Positions 30,361 to 40,755 of a stretch of 64,000 nucleotides of DNA are shown piece after piece. Made by a program: the position numbers and the translations under genes. The notes under the pieces were generated by a model, which saw only the letters and a list, made by a program, of their open reading frames with translations, had not been told where the DNA came from and ran no database searches. The DNA is taken from positions 4,096,001 to 4,160,000 of the forward strand of contig OY969695.1 of assembly GCA_963701965.1 (NCBI GenBank). Direction: 5' to 3'. How positions within the stretch are numbered: the first letter of the stretch is position 1; each line of letters starts with the position of its first letter. The DNA is from an uncultured Gemmatimonadales bacterium. GTDB taxonomy: Bacteria > Gemmatimonadota > Gemmatimonadetes > Gemmatimonadales > Gemmatimonadaceae.

Positions 30361-31113
30361 ATGATCCCGCTAGGGGATGACACTCCGACAGTGCGCACGC
30401 CGATCGCGACCTACACCCTGATCGCGATCTGCTTTCTCGTATGGATCCTCTACCAGGGAGCCGGTTTCGATCCCGTCCGCCTGGCGACGACGGTGTGCAA
30501 TACGGGCATGGTTCCGGGCGAGTTGACCCACCTAGCCCCACTAGGAAAGTCCGTGCCGCTTGGCCACGGAATGACCTGCCTCGTTGACAACGACCGCATC
30601 AATATCCTGACGCCCTTCATCTCGATGTTCCTGCACGGCAGTTGGCTGCACATCCTCGCCAACATGCTGTACCTGCTGGTGTTCGGCCGGGCGGTCGAAG
30701 ACAGCATGGGTCGTCTCCGGTTCATCGTCTTCTATTTGATCTGCGGTCTGGTGGCGGCCGCGACCCACATTCTGTTCAACGCCGAGTCGGCGGTCCCCAC
30801 TGTCGGGGCATCAGGCGCGATCTCCGGCGTGATGGGCGCCTACCTCGTGCTCTACCCGCGCGCCTGGGTCCGGATGTTTTTCATCATCTTCGTTGTCCGG
30901 TTCCCGGCCTGGCTGGTGCTCTTGTGGTGGTTCCTGACCGAAGCCTTGGGGGGCCTCGCCCAGCTCAACGAAATCAACCCCGGCGCCTCCAGCGGGGTGG
31001 CCGTGTGGGCCCATATCGGGGGGTTCATCGCCGGCGCCGCGCTGGCCAAATTCTTCGTAAAGGCTTCGCTAGTTCGCACCCGGACCGATCGCGTCCGGCT
31101 GCGGACTATATAG
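30361..31113 (+). CDS. Rhomboid family intramembrane serine protease
   Basis: [29 protein letters not shown]. Confidence 0.93.
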   Translation: MIPLGDDTPTVRTPIATYTLIAICFLVWILYQGAGFDPVRLATTVCNTGMVPGELTHLAPLGKSVPLGHGMTCLVDNDRINILTPFISMFLHGSWLHILANMLYLLVFGRAVEDSMGRLRFIVFYLICGLVAAATHILFNAESAVPTVGASGAISGVMGAYLVLYPRAWVRMFFIIFVVRFPAWLVLLWWFLTEALGGLAQLNEINPGASSGVAVWAHIGGFIAGAALAKFFVKASLVRTRTDRVRLRTI

Positions 31114-31117
31114 ATTC

Positions 31118-31858
31118 GTGCCCGTGCCTGACCTTCCGCGAGGGGTCGTCTTCCGCGCCGAGGCGGGCCGACTCGGCGACTGGATCGACCACACACTGCT
31201 CCGGGCGGAAGCGACCGCCTCGGATATCGACCGGCTTTGCGCCGAGGCCGCGACGCACCGGCTCGCCGCGGTCTGCGTAAACCCCCAATGGGTCGCCCGA
31301 TGTCGAGAGGCGCTCGACCGTACGGGGGTTGCCGTCGCGACCGTCGTCGGGTTTCCCCTCGGCGCCAGCGCCACCGCGGCAAAAGCCGCCGAGGCGGCCG
31401 ATGCGGTCGATCATGGTGCGGATGAGCTCGATATGGTTGTATCGATCGGGGCGATCCGCGACGCCGATTGGCAATACGTCGAGCACGATATACATGAGGT
31501 CGTTGAAGCGGCATCGGGCGCCCTCATGAAAGTTATTGTAGAGTCCGCAGTCCTGACGCCGACCGAGATCGTGCGGACCTGCCGTGCCGCCCGCGACGCC
31601 GGTGCACACTACGTAAAGACAAGTACCGGCATGCACGCCGCGGGCGGCGCCACGACGGCGGCCGTTGCGCTCATGCGCCTCGCCGTCGGCGACGCCATGG
31701 GCGTCAAGGCATCCGGCGGGATACGGGACTGTACGGCGGCATTCGCGCTCATCGAGAGCGGCGCGACGCGCATTGGCACATCGAACGGCGTTGCGTTGGC
31801 GGACTGTGTCGGGCCGGCGCCCAAGCCGGTCTGCGAACTATTTGGGAGATGGCAATGA
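31118..31858 (+). CDS. deoC: Deoxyribose-phosphate aldolase
   Basis: IDHTLL, VVGFPLG, GADELDMV, VKTSTG, GVKASGGIR, RIGTS. Confidence 0.95.
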   Translation: MPVPDLPRGVVFRAEAGRLGDWIDHTLLRAEATASDIDRLCAEAATHRLAAVCVNPQWVARCREALDRTGVAVATVVGFPLGASATAAKAAEAADAVDHGADELDMVVSIGAIRDADWQYVEHDIHEVVEAASGALMKVIVESAVLTPTEIVRTCRAARDAGAHYVKTSTGMHAAGGATTAAVALMRLAVGDAMGVKASGGIRDCTAAFALIESGATRIGTSNGVALADCVGPAPKPVCELFGRWQ

Positions 31859-34014
31859 CCACCGTGGACACCGCGACAGCGCAGCCCACTCATTTTCTGA
31901 ACCGCGAGCTGAGCTGGCTCGAGTTCAACGCCCGTGTACTCAGCGAAGCGTTCGACGAGCGCAATCCCCTGCTCGAGCGGCTCAAGTTCCTGGCGATCTT
32001 CAGCACGAATCTCGACGAGTTCTACACCGTGCGCATCGCCGGACTCCGGCGCCAGGTGGCGGCGGGCATCGTGCCCGTGGCGCCCGACGGGATGACGCCG
32101 TCGGAGCAGCTGGTCGCGATCAACGCGCGCGTCAACGCCCTCCTCACGCAACGCCGCACCTGCTTGCACGACGTCCTGCTGCCCGCGCTCTCCGAGCGCG
32201 GCGTCCGTCTCGTCTCGATGGCCGACCTGACACCCAGCGAGTGGCTCACGGTCGACGATTTCTTCGAGTCGCAAGTCTTTCCAGTGCTGACGCCGCTGGC
32301 CGTCGATCCCGGGCATCCATTCCCGTACATCTCGAACCTCTCGTTGTCGCTCGCCGTCGAGATTCGCGATCCGGTCTCCCAAACCGACCACTTCGCGCGC
32401 GTCAAAGTGCCCAAGAGCCTGCCCCGCTGGGTGCCGTTCGGCCGCCCGCACTACTTCGTTCCGCTGGAGCAGGTGATCGGCACGAACCTCGGCGCGCTGT
32501 TCCCGGGCATGGAGATTCTCGGCTGGTATGCGTTCCGCGTGACCCGCTACACGGACCTCGAGCTGGCCAAGATCAATGAAGCCGAAGATCTCTTGGCAAT
32601 GATCGAACAGCAGGTCTTCGAGCGGCGGTTCAGCGAAGTCGTGCGGCTGGAAGTGCAGCCCAACATGCCCACGCACCTCCGGTCACTCCTGCTCGAGGAG
32701 TTGCGCGAAGAAACGTCGGCCCATCTCCCGCCGCTCACGGAGGCCGACGTCCAGGAGGCCGATCCGCTGCTCGACCTGGGCGATCTCATGGCCCTCACCT
32801 CGCTCGACATCCCCGACTTGCGCGACCCGCCGTTCACGGCCATGGTGGCGCCGGAGTTTCGCGACACGGTGGCCGGCGTGGGACATCTGACGATCTTCGA
32901 TGCCATTCGCGAGCGCGACGTCCTCGTCCACCATCCGTTCGAGTCGTTTTCGGCGTCCGTCGAGCAGTTCCTGAAGACGGCGGCCCACGATCCCGCCGTG
33001 CAGGCCATCAAGATGACGCTGTATCGGACCTCGGGCGACGCCTCGATCGTGCACGCGCTCACCGAGGCCGCCATGCTCGGGAAGCAAGTGGCGGTGCTCG
33101 TCGAGCTCCAAGCGCGGGGCGACGAAGCCAACAACATCTCCTGGGCGCGCACGTTGGAAAATGCCGGCGTCCACGTGGCCTACGGCGTGCCAGGTCTCAA
33201 GACCCACGCCAAGACGACCCTGGTCGTCCGGCGCGACGTGGATGGGCTCCGGCGTTACGTACACATCGGCACCGGGAACTACAACTCCCTCACCGCCAAG
33301 TTCTACACGGACATCGGGTTGTTCACGTGCAGCCCGTCGATTGGCGCCGACGTGAGCGATCTGTTCAACTCGTTGACGGGATACTCGCGGCAACGCCTCT
33401 ATCGCAAGTTGCTCGTGGCGCCGGCCAACATGCTGGGGCGCTTTCTCGAACTGATCGATCGGGAGACGCAACTGGCGCGCGAGGGGAAAGGCGGCCGCAT
33501 CATCGCGAAGCTCAACGCCCTCGTGCACCCGGACGTCATCGAGACGCTCTACCGCGCGTCGCAAGCCGGCGTCGAGATCGACCTGATCGTCCGGGGCATT
33601 TGCTGCCTTCGTCCCGGCGTCGAGGGACTCAGCGATCGCATTCGCGTGCGCAGTATCATCGGCCGGTTCCTCGAGCACTCGCGCGTCTGGATGTTCGCCA
33701 ACGGCGGACAGCGCGAGTACTACATCGGGTCCGCCGACTGGATGCCACGCAATCTCGAGCGCCGCGTCGAGTGCGTGGTACCGGTCGACGATGTGGCGCT
33801 CCACGCCCGCCTCGAGTCGCTGCTGGCCACGTGCCTCGCCGACAACCGCCTGGCGTGGGACCTCGCTGCCGATGGGACCTATCGCCAGCGCCAGCCGGGC
33901 GACCAGCCGGAGCGCGCCAGCCAAAGGATCCTGATCCGCGATCCGTGGGGTCGGGATGTGCCCGTGCCGCGCGCCAGCGGCGAGCACCTCCGGCCAGAGC
34001 CCTCGACCGCATGA
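31849..34014 (+). CDS. ppk1: Polyphosphate kinase 1
   Basis: NRELSWLEFNARVL, HHPFESF, IKMTLYRT, KTHAK, IGRFLEHSR, GSADWMPRN. Confidence 0.97.
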   Translation: MAMTTVDTATAQPTHFLNRELSWLEFNARVLSEAFDERNPLLERLKFLAIFSTNLDEFYTVRIAGLRRQVAAGIVPVAPDGMTPSEQLVAINARVNALLTQRRTCLHDVLLPALSERGVRLVSMADLTPSEWLTVDDFFESQVFPVLTPLAVDPGHPFPYISNLSLSLAVEIRDPVSQTDHFARVKVPKSLPRWVPFGRPHYFVPLEQVIGTNLGALFPGMEILGWYAFRVTRYTDLELAKINEAEDLLAMIEQQVFERRFSEVVRLEVQPNMPTHLRSLLLEELREETSAHLPPLTEADVQEADPLLDLGDLMALTSLDIPDLRDPPFTAMVAPEFRDTVAGVGHLTIFDAIRERDVLVHHPFESFSASVEQFLKTAAHDPAVQAIKMTLYRTSGDASIVHALTEAAMLGKQVAVLVELQARGDEANNISWARTLENAGVHVAYGVPGLKTHAKTTLVVRRDVDGLRRYVHIGTGNYNSLTAKFYTDIGLFTCSPSIGADVSDLFNSLTGYSRQRLYRKLLVAPANMLGRFLELIDRETQLAREGKGGRIIAKLNALVHPDVIETLYRASQAGVEIDLIVRGICCLRPGVEGLSDRIRVRSIIGRFLEHSRVWMFANGGQREYYIGSADWMPRNLERRVECVVPVDDVALHARLESLLATCLADNRLAWDLAADGTYRQRQPGDQPERASQRILIRDPWGRDVPVPRASGEHLRPEPSTA

Positions 34015-34053
34015 TGCAGTGACTCGTCCACGCTCCGGCGGGTCTCCCCCATA

Positions 34054-34593
34054 GTGGCGAGTGACGCCGAAATCATCGCCCGCGTGATCGCCGGCGACGA
34101 GGATGCTTTCAGCGTCCTCGTGGCCCGGTACGGTGGGCGAGCGGCGCGATACGCGACGCGGATGCTCGGCGATCGAGCGGAAGCCGAAGAAGCGGTCCAG
34201 GACACTTTCGTGCGCGCCTATCGCGCGCTCGGCAGGTGCGCGGACCGCGAGCGGTTCGCCCATTGGCTGTTCAGTATATTGATCAACCGATGCCGAACCG
34301 CGGGCGCACGCTCAGGCCGGCGAAAACGAACGTTTGTGCGGGACGAGGCGGCCCTGGTGGCGGCGCCGGCGCTGGACTCCTTTGATGGGGCCGCGTGGCG
34401 CGAGGAGATCGCGCACGCCCTGGGTCAACTCGATCCGAGACAGCGGGAGGCGTTCCTGTTGAAGCACGTCGAGCAGTTGAGCTATGACGAGATGACGACC
34501 CTGACCGGGGTCGGCGTCTCCGCATTGAAGATGCGAGTCAAACGCGCGACGGATCAGCTGCGGACGTTGCTGTCGGGGGCATACAGTGCGTGA
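34054..34593 (+). CDS. ECF RNA polymerase sigma factor
   Basis: GDEDAFSVLV, AEEAVQDTF, WLFSILINRC; region 4 REAFLLKHVEQLSYDEM...ALKMRVKRA. Confidence 0.92.
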   Translation: MASDAEIIARVIAGDEDAFSVLVARYGGRAARYATRMLGDRAEAEEAVQDTFVRAYRALGRCADRERFAHWLFSILINRCRTAGARSGRRKRTFVRDEAALVAAPALDSFDGAAWREEIAHALGQLDPRQREAFLLKHVEQLSYDEMTTLTGVGVSALKMRVKRATDQLRTLLSGAYSA

Positions 34594-35116
34594 CGCCGAA
34601 GAGATCACGGACGACCCGTTCATCGAGCGGATCGCGGCCGAGCTCCGCGCCGATGTGCCGCTGGCAGAGCGCGTCGCCCAACGCATCATGGCCGCCAGTC
34701 GTGTCACGAGCGCGGTGCGGGAGCATCAGGCCACGCGCCGGCGTGTGCGGCGTTGGTCGTGGGCGACTGCCGCGGTGGTGACGGTGGGAGTAGGGGCCAC
34801 GTTCACGGTCTTGCGTCTGGCGCCACGGTCGCCGATGACGCTGCCGGCGGTCCAGTTCAGCCTACCGCCGACGGCCGCGCGGGAGGTCGTTGTGGTCGGA
34901 GACTTCAATCACTGGGACGCCACGGCCACGCCGCTCCAGCGGTCGCGCGCCGATGGGTCGTGGCGGACGACGGTGCGGCTCGCACCCGGTCGCCACATTT
35001 ACGCGTTCGTCGTGGATGGCGAGCACTGGGTCGCCGACCCGGCGGCGCCATTGGCGCCCGGCGACGATTTCGGCGCGCCGAACTCCCTGATGACCGTCGC
35101 GCCCGGGGCCATATGA
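34586..35116 (+). CDS. Putative anti-sigma factor with one TM helix and a C-terminal CBM48/AMPK-type glycogen-binding domain
   Basis: Overlaps the sigma gene. TM helix WATAAVVTVGVGATF; VVGDFNHWD...W...LAPGRHIYAFVVDGEHWVADP...DDFG..NS. Confidence 0.8.
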   Translation: MRDAEEITDDPFIERIAAELRADVPLAERVAQRIMAASRVTSAVREHQATRRRVRRWSWATAAVVTVGVGATFTVLRLAPRSPMTLPAVQFSLPPTAAREVVVVGDFNHWDATATPLQRSRADGSWRTTVRLAPGRHIYAFVVDGEHWVADPAAPLAPGDDFGAPNSLMTVAPGAI

Positions 35117-35769
35117 AACGCCTCGTGCTGGTCGCCATGCTGGTCGCCACGCGGGCCCAGGGACAGGATGTCGACATGTCCCTGCGGGACCGGGTGGATT
35201 CGAGCACGTTCGCGTCGCTGCACGCGGTGATCAGCTCGGCCGAGGCCGCCAACCTGCCCACGAGTCCCCTCGTGGACAAGGCCCTCGAGGGCGTCGCCAA
35301 GCACGCCAGCGGTGACCGCATCGTCGCGGTCGTGCAAGACTTGGCCGCTCAGCTCGCCCACGCGCGCACCGTGCTCGGGCCCGCGGCGACCGCGGACGAA
35401 TTGACGGCTGGGACCGCGGCGCTCCGGGCGGGCATTCAGGTTGGAACGATTGTCGACCTGCGCCGCGCGCGCCATGGCGCGCCCGTGACCATCCCGTTGG
35501 CGGTCGCCGCCGAACTGGTCGCCCGCGGCATGTCACCGGACAGCGCCGCATCGACTATCTTGCGACTCGCCGCGGCTGGACGGGGCGACGCCGACATGGC
35601 GGCGGTGCCGCGGTCGCTCGGTTCGCCCTACCTGGCGTCGTCAGCGCCGCAGGGCGGCGCGCTGGGTGCAGCCGTTCCGACCACGAATCAGGGTCCGACG
35701 AACCTGACTGCGGGCCACACGAGCGAGCCATCGGGGCCTCCACCCAAACCCAAGCCACAGCGGCCCTGA
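35113..35769 (+). CDS. Secreted helical hypothetical protein
   Basis: ATG 35113 (ATGA overlap); signal peptide MKRLVLVAMLVATRAQG; LPTSPLVDKALEG motif; Pro-rich tail. Confidence 0.7.
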   Translation: MKRLVLVAMLVATRAQGQDVDMSLRDRVDSSTFASLHAVISSAEAANLPTSPLVDKALEGVAKHASGDRIVAVVQDLAAQLAHARTVLGPAATADELTAGTAALRAGIQVGTIVDLRRARHGAPVTIPLAVAAELVARGMSPDSAASTILRLAAAGRGDADMAAVPRSLGSPYLASSAPQGGALGAAVPTTNQGPTNLTAGHTSEPSGPPPKPKPQRP

Positions 35770-36827
35770 CCCTCCTCGCGGCACTCGTGTGCGTCCGCGG
35801 GGCGGATGCGCAGTTCGTGGCTTCGCTCGACGCCAGTGCCGCACGATCGACATACGATGGCTATCTCCCGTCCAGCGTGCTCACGCTGGCGCCCGCCGTG
35901 CTGTTCACCCAACGCGACGTCCGCCTTGGGCTAGACGGCGCGTTCTCCCACTTCGAGAGCGGCCGGGGCAGCGCCCAAGTCGAATCCAATGCCGCGATCG
36001 GCGGTCCGATCGCCGGCGCACTCCACTGGGACGTCGGAGCCGATGGCAGCGGATCCTGGTACCGGAAGTTCGAGCCGATCTTCAGCGGCATGGTGGAGCC
36101 GCATATGCGACTCGACCTCGCCAAAGGCGGTGCCTGGGTCGGCGCGGGCGGCGGCGGCACCAGCGGTGACAGCGTCGGCGGACATGGCGTCGTGCGCGGC
36201 GAGGGAGGGATCTGGGGACGCGTCCCGTTTCTGACCGCGTCGCTGTCGCTGGCCAATACGGCGGCCGGTGCGGTCGGCTACACAGACATCGAGGCCGTCT
36301 TCCGCGGCGATCGGGGACGATTCGCGGGAACGGTCACCGCCGGTGTGCGCAGCAACGTGCGGTTGGGCGGCGTCGGGCAGTGGGTCAACGCCGAAGGGCG
36401 GTTCGGGGTGGTCGATGGCATCGCGTTGATCGCGGGCTGGGGCGCGTACCCGCCGGATCTCGTACGCGGGACGCCGGGCGCGCGCTTCATCACGTTCGGC
36501 GTACGCGCGAGCCACCCGACCCGGACGCTTGGGGCTCGCGAGCGCCCGCCCGCCGCTCCATCCGTCCTGCACGACCGTCAGACCGTACGGTTCACGGCGC
36601 CCGCCGGGAGCCACGTCGAGCTCATGGCCGACTTCACCGACTGGCACGCCGTGGACATGCGGGAAGTGGGCCTCGGCGTCTACGAGGCTACGGTGACCAG
36701 TCCGCTGACATCCGGGACGCACCGCGTGGACATCCGGATCAATGCCGGTCCGTGGATCGCACCGGCCGAGCTGCCCCCGGTGCACGACGACTTCGGCGGC
36801 GAGGCCGGCGCGTTGGTCGTGCCCTAG
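35766..36827 (+). CDS. Secreted or outer-membrane protein with C-terminal glycogen-binding (CBM48-like) domain
   Basis: Gly-rich beta-strand body, then VELMADFTDW...GTHRVDIRINAGPW...DDFGG. Signal peptide is complete only from CTG 35766 (first GTG at 35787). Confidence 0.7.
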   Translation: MTLLAALVCVRGADAQFVASLDASAARSTYDGYLPSSVLTLAPAVLFTQRDVRLGLDGAFSHFESGRGSAQVESNAAIGGPIAGALHWDVGADGSGSWYRKFEPIFSGMVEPHMRLDLAKGGAWVGAGGGGTSGDSVGGHGVVRGEGGIWGRVPFLTASLSLANTAAGAVGYTDIEAVFRGDRGRFAGTVTAGVRSNVRLGGVGQWVNAEGRFGVVDGIALIAGWGAYPPDLVRGTPGARFITFGVRASHPTRTLGARERPPAAPSVLHDRQTVRFTAPAGSHVELMADFTDWHAVDMREVGLGVYEATVTSPLTSGTHRVDIRINAGPWIAPAELPPVHDDFGGEAGALVVP

Positions 36828-36830
36828 CGG

Positions 36831-38435
36831 CTAGTCGGTGTTGTCCGCGTCGTCGTGGCCGGTGATGACCTTGCCGTCGGGCCCCACGATTTCCACCGCG
36901 ACCCCGAGGATGCGGGCGAGCAACGCCGACTTGCGACTCGCGCCCCACAGCTCGAGACGCAAATCGCCCGCGCCGGGTTTGGGGATCGCCGTCAACCGCA
37001 TCGCGCGGCCCAGCCACCGGACCTTGATCCGGTCCACGGCGCCCACGTGGCCGCGGTCGAAGCCGTCGGCGATGCGGAGCAGGGCGGACAGGCGCTTGAT
37101 GCGCCGGCGAATGCCCGGATCGAGCGGGCCGTAGTTCCGATGCGATTTCTTGGGCCGCGCGCCGCGGTGGTAGCGGGCCACGTTGGCGATCGCGACCTGC
37201 TCCTCGGGCGAGAGACCGAGGAGGTCGGCGTGCAGGATCAGGTGATACGAGTGCTTGTTGTGATTGTGGTAGTTGATGTGGTACCCCACATCGTGCAGCA
37301 GGGCGGCGTCGGCGAGGATGTCGCGGTCGGCCGGCAAGGCGCCAATGCGCTCGCCGATCGCGTCGAACAGCTGCAGGGCCAGACGTTGCACTTGCCGCGC
37401 GTGGGGTTCCTCGTAGTGGCTGCGCTCGGCGAACTCCCGTACCGACCGTTCGCGGGCCTCGCCCGGATCGGCGACCGTCGGCGCGACGCGGGCCGTCTCC
37501 AACAAGAGCCCTTCGCGGATCCCGTAGGCCGAGACGTTCACCTCACGGGCCTCGACGCGCGCCAGGACTTCGGCGGACACGGCCAGGCCGGCCACGATGA
37601 TATCGGCACGCGCCGCATTGAGCCCTGGCACCTGTCGCCGCTCCTCGACCGACATGTCCTGCAGGATGTCGAGGATGTGCTCCAACTCCACGCGCGGCAC
37701 CCGCGTCGCGTGCACCGTGCGCGCCGTCTGGACGCCCTGCCGCGCCAGGTAGATGCCGGCGAGGTTCGTGAACGTGCCGCCGGATCCGATCACTTGGGCG
37801 CCGCGCCAGTCGCGCACGGGCAAGTGTTCGCGCAGCGCCTCGCGCACATCCTTGCGCAGCTCGCGCACCCCGCGCCGCGCCGGCACGCCGGCCAAGAACT
37901 CCTCGGTGAGCCGGATGGCGCCAAACGGCAGCGAGATCAACCGGTCGAGCAACCCATCGGCGGAGAGCGCCAACTCCAACGAACCGCCGCCGATGTCCAT
38001 GACGACCGCCCGACCGACGCCCAGGTCGAAATGGGCCAGGGCGCTGCGGAACGTCAGGCGCGCCTCCTCCTCGCCGATCAGCGCCCGCACCCGGAGCCCC
38101 GTCTCGGCCCGCACCAGCTCCAGGAACGCCGGACCGTTCACGGCGTCCCGGACAGCGCTGGTGGCGACGGCCTCGACCCGGCGCGCGCCCAGTTGCGCGG
38201 CCAGGGTCGACATGCGCCCTAGGGCATCGAGCGCGTCCTTCATGGCCTGTTCACTCAGTTCGCCGGACCCGGTGAGCCCCGCGCCGAGCCGGGGCGCCGC
38301 TTTGAGCTCGTCGACGATGCGGATGGTGCCGTTGGCCGACACGTCGGCCACGATCTGGCGGATCGAGTTCGATCCGATGTCGATCGCCGCGATGCGGCGG
38401 CTCGACTCGTCGCGACCGTTCTGCGAGCGCTCCAC
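36831..38435 (-). CDS. ppx: Ppx/GppA exopolyphosphatase with HD domain
   Basis: AAIDIGSNSIR, VATSAVRDA, GEEEARL, DIGGGSLE, GIREG, LLHDVG, ARYHR; GTG at 38435. Confidence 0.93.
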   Translation of the reverse strand: MERSQNGRDESSRRIAAIDIGSNSIRQIVADVSANGTIRIVDELKAAPRLGAGLTGSGELSEQAMKDALDALGRMSTLAAQLGARRVEAVATSAVRDAVNGPAFLELVRAETGLRVRALIGEEEARLTFRSALAHFDLGVGRAVVMDIGGGSLELALSADGLLDRLISLPFGAIRLTEEFLAGVPARRGVRELRKDVREALREHLPVRDWRGAQVIGSGGTFTNLAGIYLARQGVQTARTVHATRVPRVELEHILDILQDMSVEERRQVPGLNAARADIIVAGLAVSAEVLARVEAREVNVSAYGIREGLLLETARVAPTVADPGEARERSVREFAERSHYEEPHARQVQRLALQLFDAIGERIGALPADRDILADAALLHDVGYHINYHNHNKHSYHLILHADLLGLSPEEQVAIANVARYHRGARPKKSHRNYGPLDPGIRRRIKRLSALLRIADGFDRGHVGAVDRIKVRWLGRAMRLTAIPKPGAGDLRLELWGASRKSALLARILGVAVEIVGPDGKVITGHDDADNTD

Positions 38436-39157
38436 TACTGTCCGGCAGCCGACGCCAACCGATCCCGCTCGTACTCCTCGTAGCGATGCTTGATCTGCTT
38501 GCCCTCGGCCAGAAACACCGCGTCCTCCCCGATGTTCGTCGCCAGGTCGGCCACGCGCTCGAGGTTGCGGCCCACGAGCAGGAGCTCCAGCGACGGATTG
38601 ATGGTCCGGGCGTCGGCCATCATGTGCGTCAGCAGGATACGAAACAGGGAATTCATGAGGGAGTCGACCTGGTCGTCCGACGCGCACACCTCGCGGCCGA
38701 GCAGTCCGTCGGCCCGGATGAAGGCATCGAGCGCGTCGGACAGCATGCGCCGGGCGCGCCGCGCCATGTCTTCGATCTCCGGCTCCGGCGTGATCGTCGA
38801 CCGCATCGCCACCAGGCGCAACGCGCACTGGGCGATGTTGACGGCGTGGTCCCCCACCCGTTCCAGATCGCTCGAGATCTTGATCGCGCTGATGATGAAC
38901 CGGAGGTCGCGGGCCATGGGCTGCTGGGTCGCCAGCAGCGAGACGGCCAGGTTCTCGATCTCGACTTCCAGCACATCGAGCTCGCGGTCGCCGGCGATGA
39001 CCGCGTCCGCGCGGTCCTTGTCTTGTTTGAGCAAGGCGTCCACCGCCAGATCCACCAGGCCCTCGGACCGCTCGGACATCGTCATGAGACGATCCTTCAG
39101 CGTATCCAACTGCTCGTGGAAATGGCGGAAACCGGATTGGACTTCGGGGAGTGTCAT
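38435..39157 (-). CDS. phoU: Phosphate signalling protein PhoU
   Basis: [35 protein letters not shown]. Confidence 0.96.
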   Translation of the reverse strand: MTLPEVQSGFRHFHEQLDTLKDRLMTMSERSEGLVDLAVDALLKQDKDRADAVIAGDRELDVLEVEIENLAVSLLATQQPMARDLRFIISAIKISSDLERVGDHAVNIAQCALRLVAMRSTITPEPEIEDMARRARRMLSDALDAFIRADGLLGREVCASDDQVDSLMNSLFRILLTHMMADARTINPSLELLLVGRNLERVADLATNIGEDAVFLAEGKQIKHRYEEYERDRLASAAGQ

Positions 39158-39930
39158 CCGAATCTCCCAGTGATGTAGGCATTCGTCCGCTCTTCACGAG
39201 GAGACGTGAAGAGTCGCTCCGTCGCGGCGACCTCGATCAACCGGCCGAGGTAGAAGAACGCGGTGAAATCGGACACCCGCGCCGCTTGCTGCAGGTTGTG
39301 CGTCACGATCACGATCGTCAACTCCCGCCGTAACTCGTACAACAGCTCCTCGATCTTCTGCGTGGCGATCGGATCGAGCGCGCTGGCCGGTTCATCCAAC
39401 AGCAGGACCTCGGGCTGGTTGGCCAGGGTGCGCGCGATGCACAGCCGCTGCTGCTGGCCACCGGAGAGCCCCAGGGCGCTCTCCCGCAGGCGGTCCTTGA
39501 CCTCCTCCCACAGCGCCGCCCGGCGCAGGGCGCTTTCCACCAGCTCGTCCAACTCGGCCCGGGTGCGGACGGCGTTGTTCAGGCGGGGGCCGTACGCCAC
39601 GTTGTCGTAGATCGACTTGGGGAAGGGGTTCCACCGCTGAAAGACCATGCCGACGCGCTGGCGCAGCGTCGTCACGTCCTGCCCGGATCCGTACAGATCG
39701 TCGCCATCGAGCAGGATCGCCCCGGTGTGCCGGACGTGGGGGATCGTGTCGTTCATGCGGTTGATCGACCGGAGGAAGGTCGATTTCCCGCAGCCCGAGG
39801 GCCCGATGAAGGCCGTGATGGCCCGCGGCGGCATCTCGAGGTCGACCTCGAAGAGCGCCTGCTTGGCGCCATACCAGAAGCAATACTTCCGTGCCGAAAT
39901 GGCGCCGGTCGTCGGGGGGGCGGCGGTCAT
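39154..39930 (-). CDS. pstB: Phosphate ABC transporter ATPase
   Basis: [42 protein letters not shown]. Confidence 0.96.
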   Translation of the reverse strand: MTAAPPTTGAISARKYCFWYGAKQALFEVDLEMPPRAITAFIGPSGCGKSTFLRSINRMNDTIPHVRHTGAILLDGDDLYGSGQDVTTLRQRVGMVFQRWNPFPKSIYDNVAYGPRLNNAVRTRAELDELVESALRRAALWEEVKDRLRESALGLSGGQQQRLCIARTLANQPEVLLLDEPASALDPIATQKIEELLYELRRELTIVIVTHNLQQAARVSDFTAFFYLGRLIEVAATERLFTSPREERTNAYITGRFG

Positions 39931-40748
39931 CCAAAGCGCCCGGTGATGTAGGCCTCGGTGCGGTGGTCGCCCGGAGTCGTGAACAGCCGGCTGGTCGGCG
40001 CGTACTCCACGAGCTCGCCGGCCAGCATGAACGCGGTCCGGTCCGAGACCCGCGCCGCCTGCTGCATGTTGTGGGTGACGATGATCACTGTCATGTCGCC
40101 GCGCAGCTCGTAGACCAACTCTTCGACTTTCTGCGTGCTGATCGGATCCAGGGAGGCCGTCGGCTCATCGAGCAGCAGCACATCGGGCTCGGTCGCCAAC
40201 GCCCGGGCGATACACAGGCGCTGCTGTTGGCCGCCGGACAGTCCGGTGGCGGCATCGCGGAGGCGGTCCTTGACCTCCTCCCACAGCGCGGCGCGCCGCA
40301 ACGCCTTCTCCACGATGGCATCAGCGTGCTTTTGATACTTGGCCGTCTTGACGCGCAGTCCGGCCGCGACGTTGTCGCGAATCGACATCGTCGGGAACGG
40401 CGTCGGGCGCTGAAAGACCATCCCGATCTTCTTCCGCACCTCGATCGGGTTGACGTCGCGGGCGTAAATGTCGCGTCCGGCCAGCGCCACGGTGCCGCGC
40501 ACCCGCCCGGTCGGCACGGTCTCGTGCATGCGATTGAGACAGCGGAGCAGGGTGGATTTGCCGGAACCGGAGGCGCCGATGATGGCCGTCACCAAACGCT
40601 CGGGGAAGTCGAGCGAGACGGACCGCACGGCTTCCGAGGACCCGAAGAACGCGGACAGCTTGTCCACGGCCAGCGCGGTGCGCGCCGCGCGCGCGGCCGC
40701 GTCGGCGGCCGGCGATATCGGCCGCGGCGCCGTCGCCGCCGCGGTCAC
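39927..40748 (-). CDS. pstB: Phosphate ABC transporter ATPase (second copy)
   Basis: [29 protein letters not shown]; likely GTG start at 40748. Confidence 0.95.
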   Translation of the reverse strand: MTAAATAPRPISPAADAAARAARTALAVDKLSAFFGSSEAVRSVSLDFPERLVTAIIGASGSGKSTLLRCLNRMHETVPTGRVRGTVALAGRDIYARDVNPIEVRKKIGMVFQRPTPFPTMSIRDNVAAGLRVKTAKYQKHADAIVEKALRRAALWEEVKDRLRDAATGLSGGQQQRLCIARALATEPDVLLLDEPTASLDPISTQKVEELVYELRGDMTVIIVTHNMQQAARVSDRTAFMLAGELVEYAPTSRLFTTPGDHRTEAYITGRFG

Positions 40749-40755
40749 GGACGGG

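Noticed and set aside
38436..39197. N-terminal extension of Ppx (788-aa ORF)
   Set aside because: Off-frame overlap with phoU. Ppx motifs begin right after GTG 38435.
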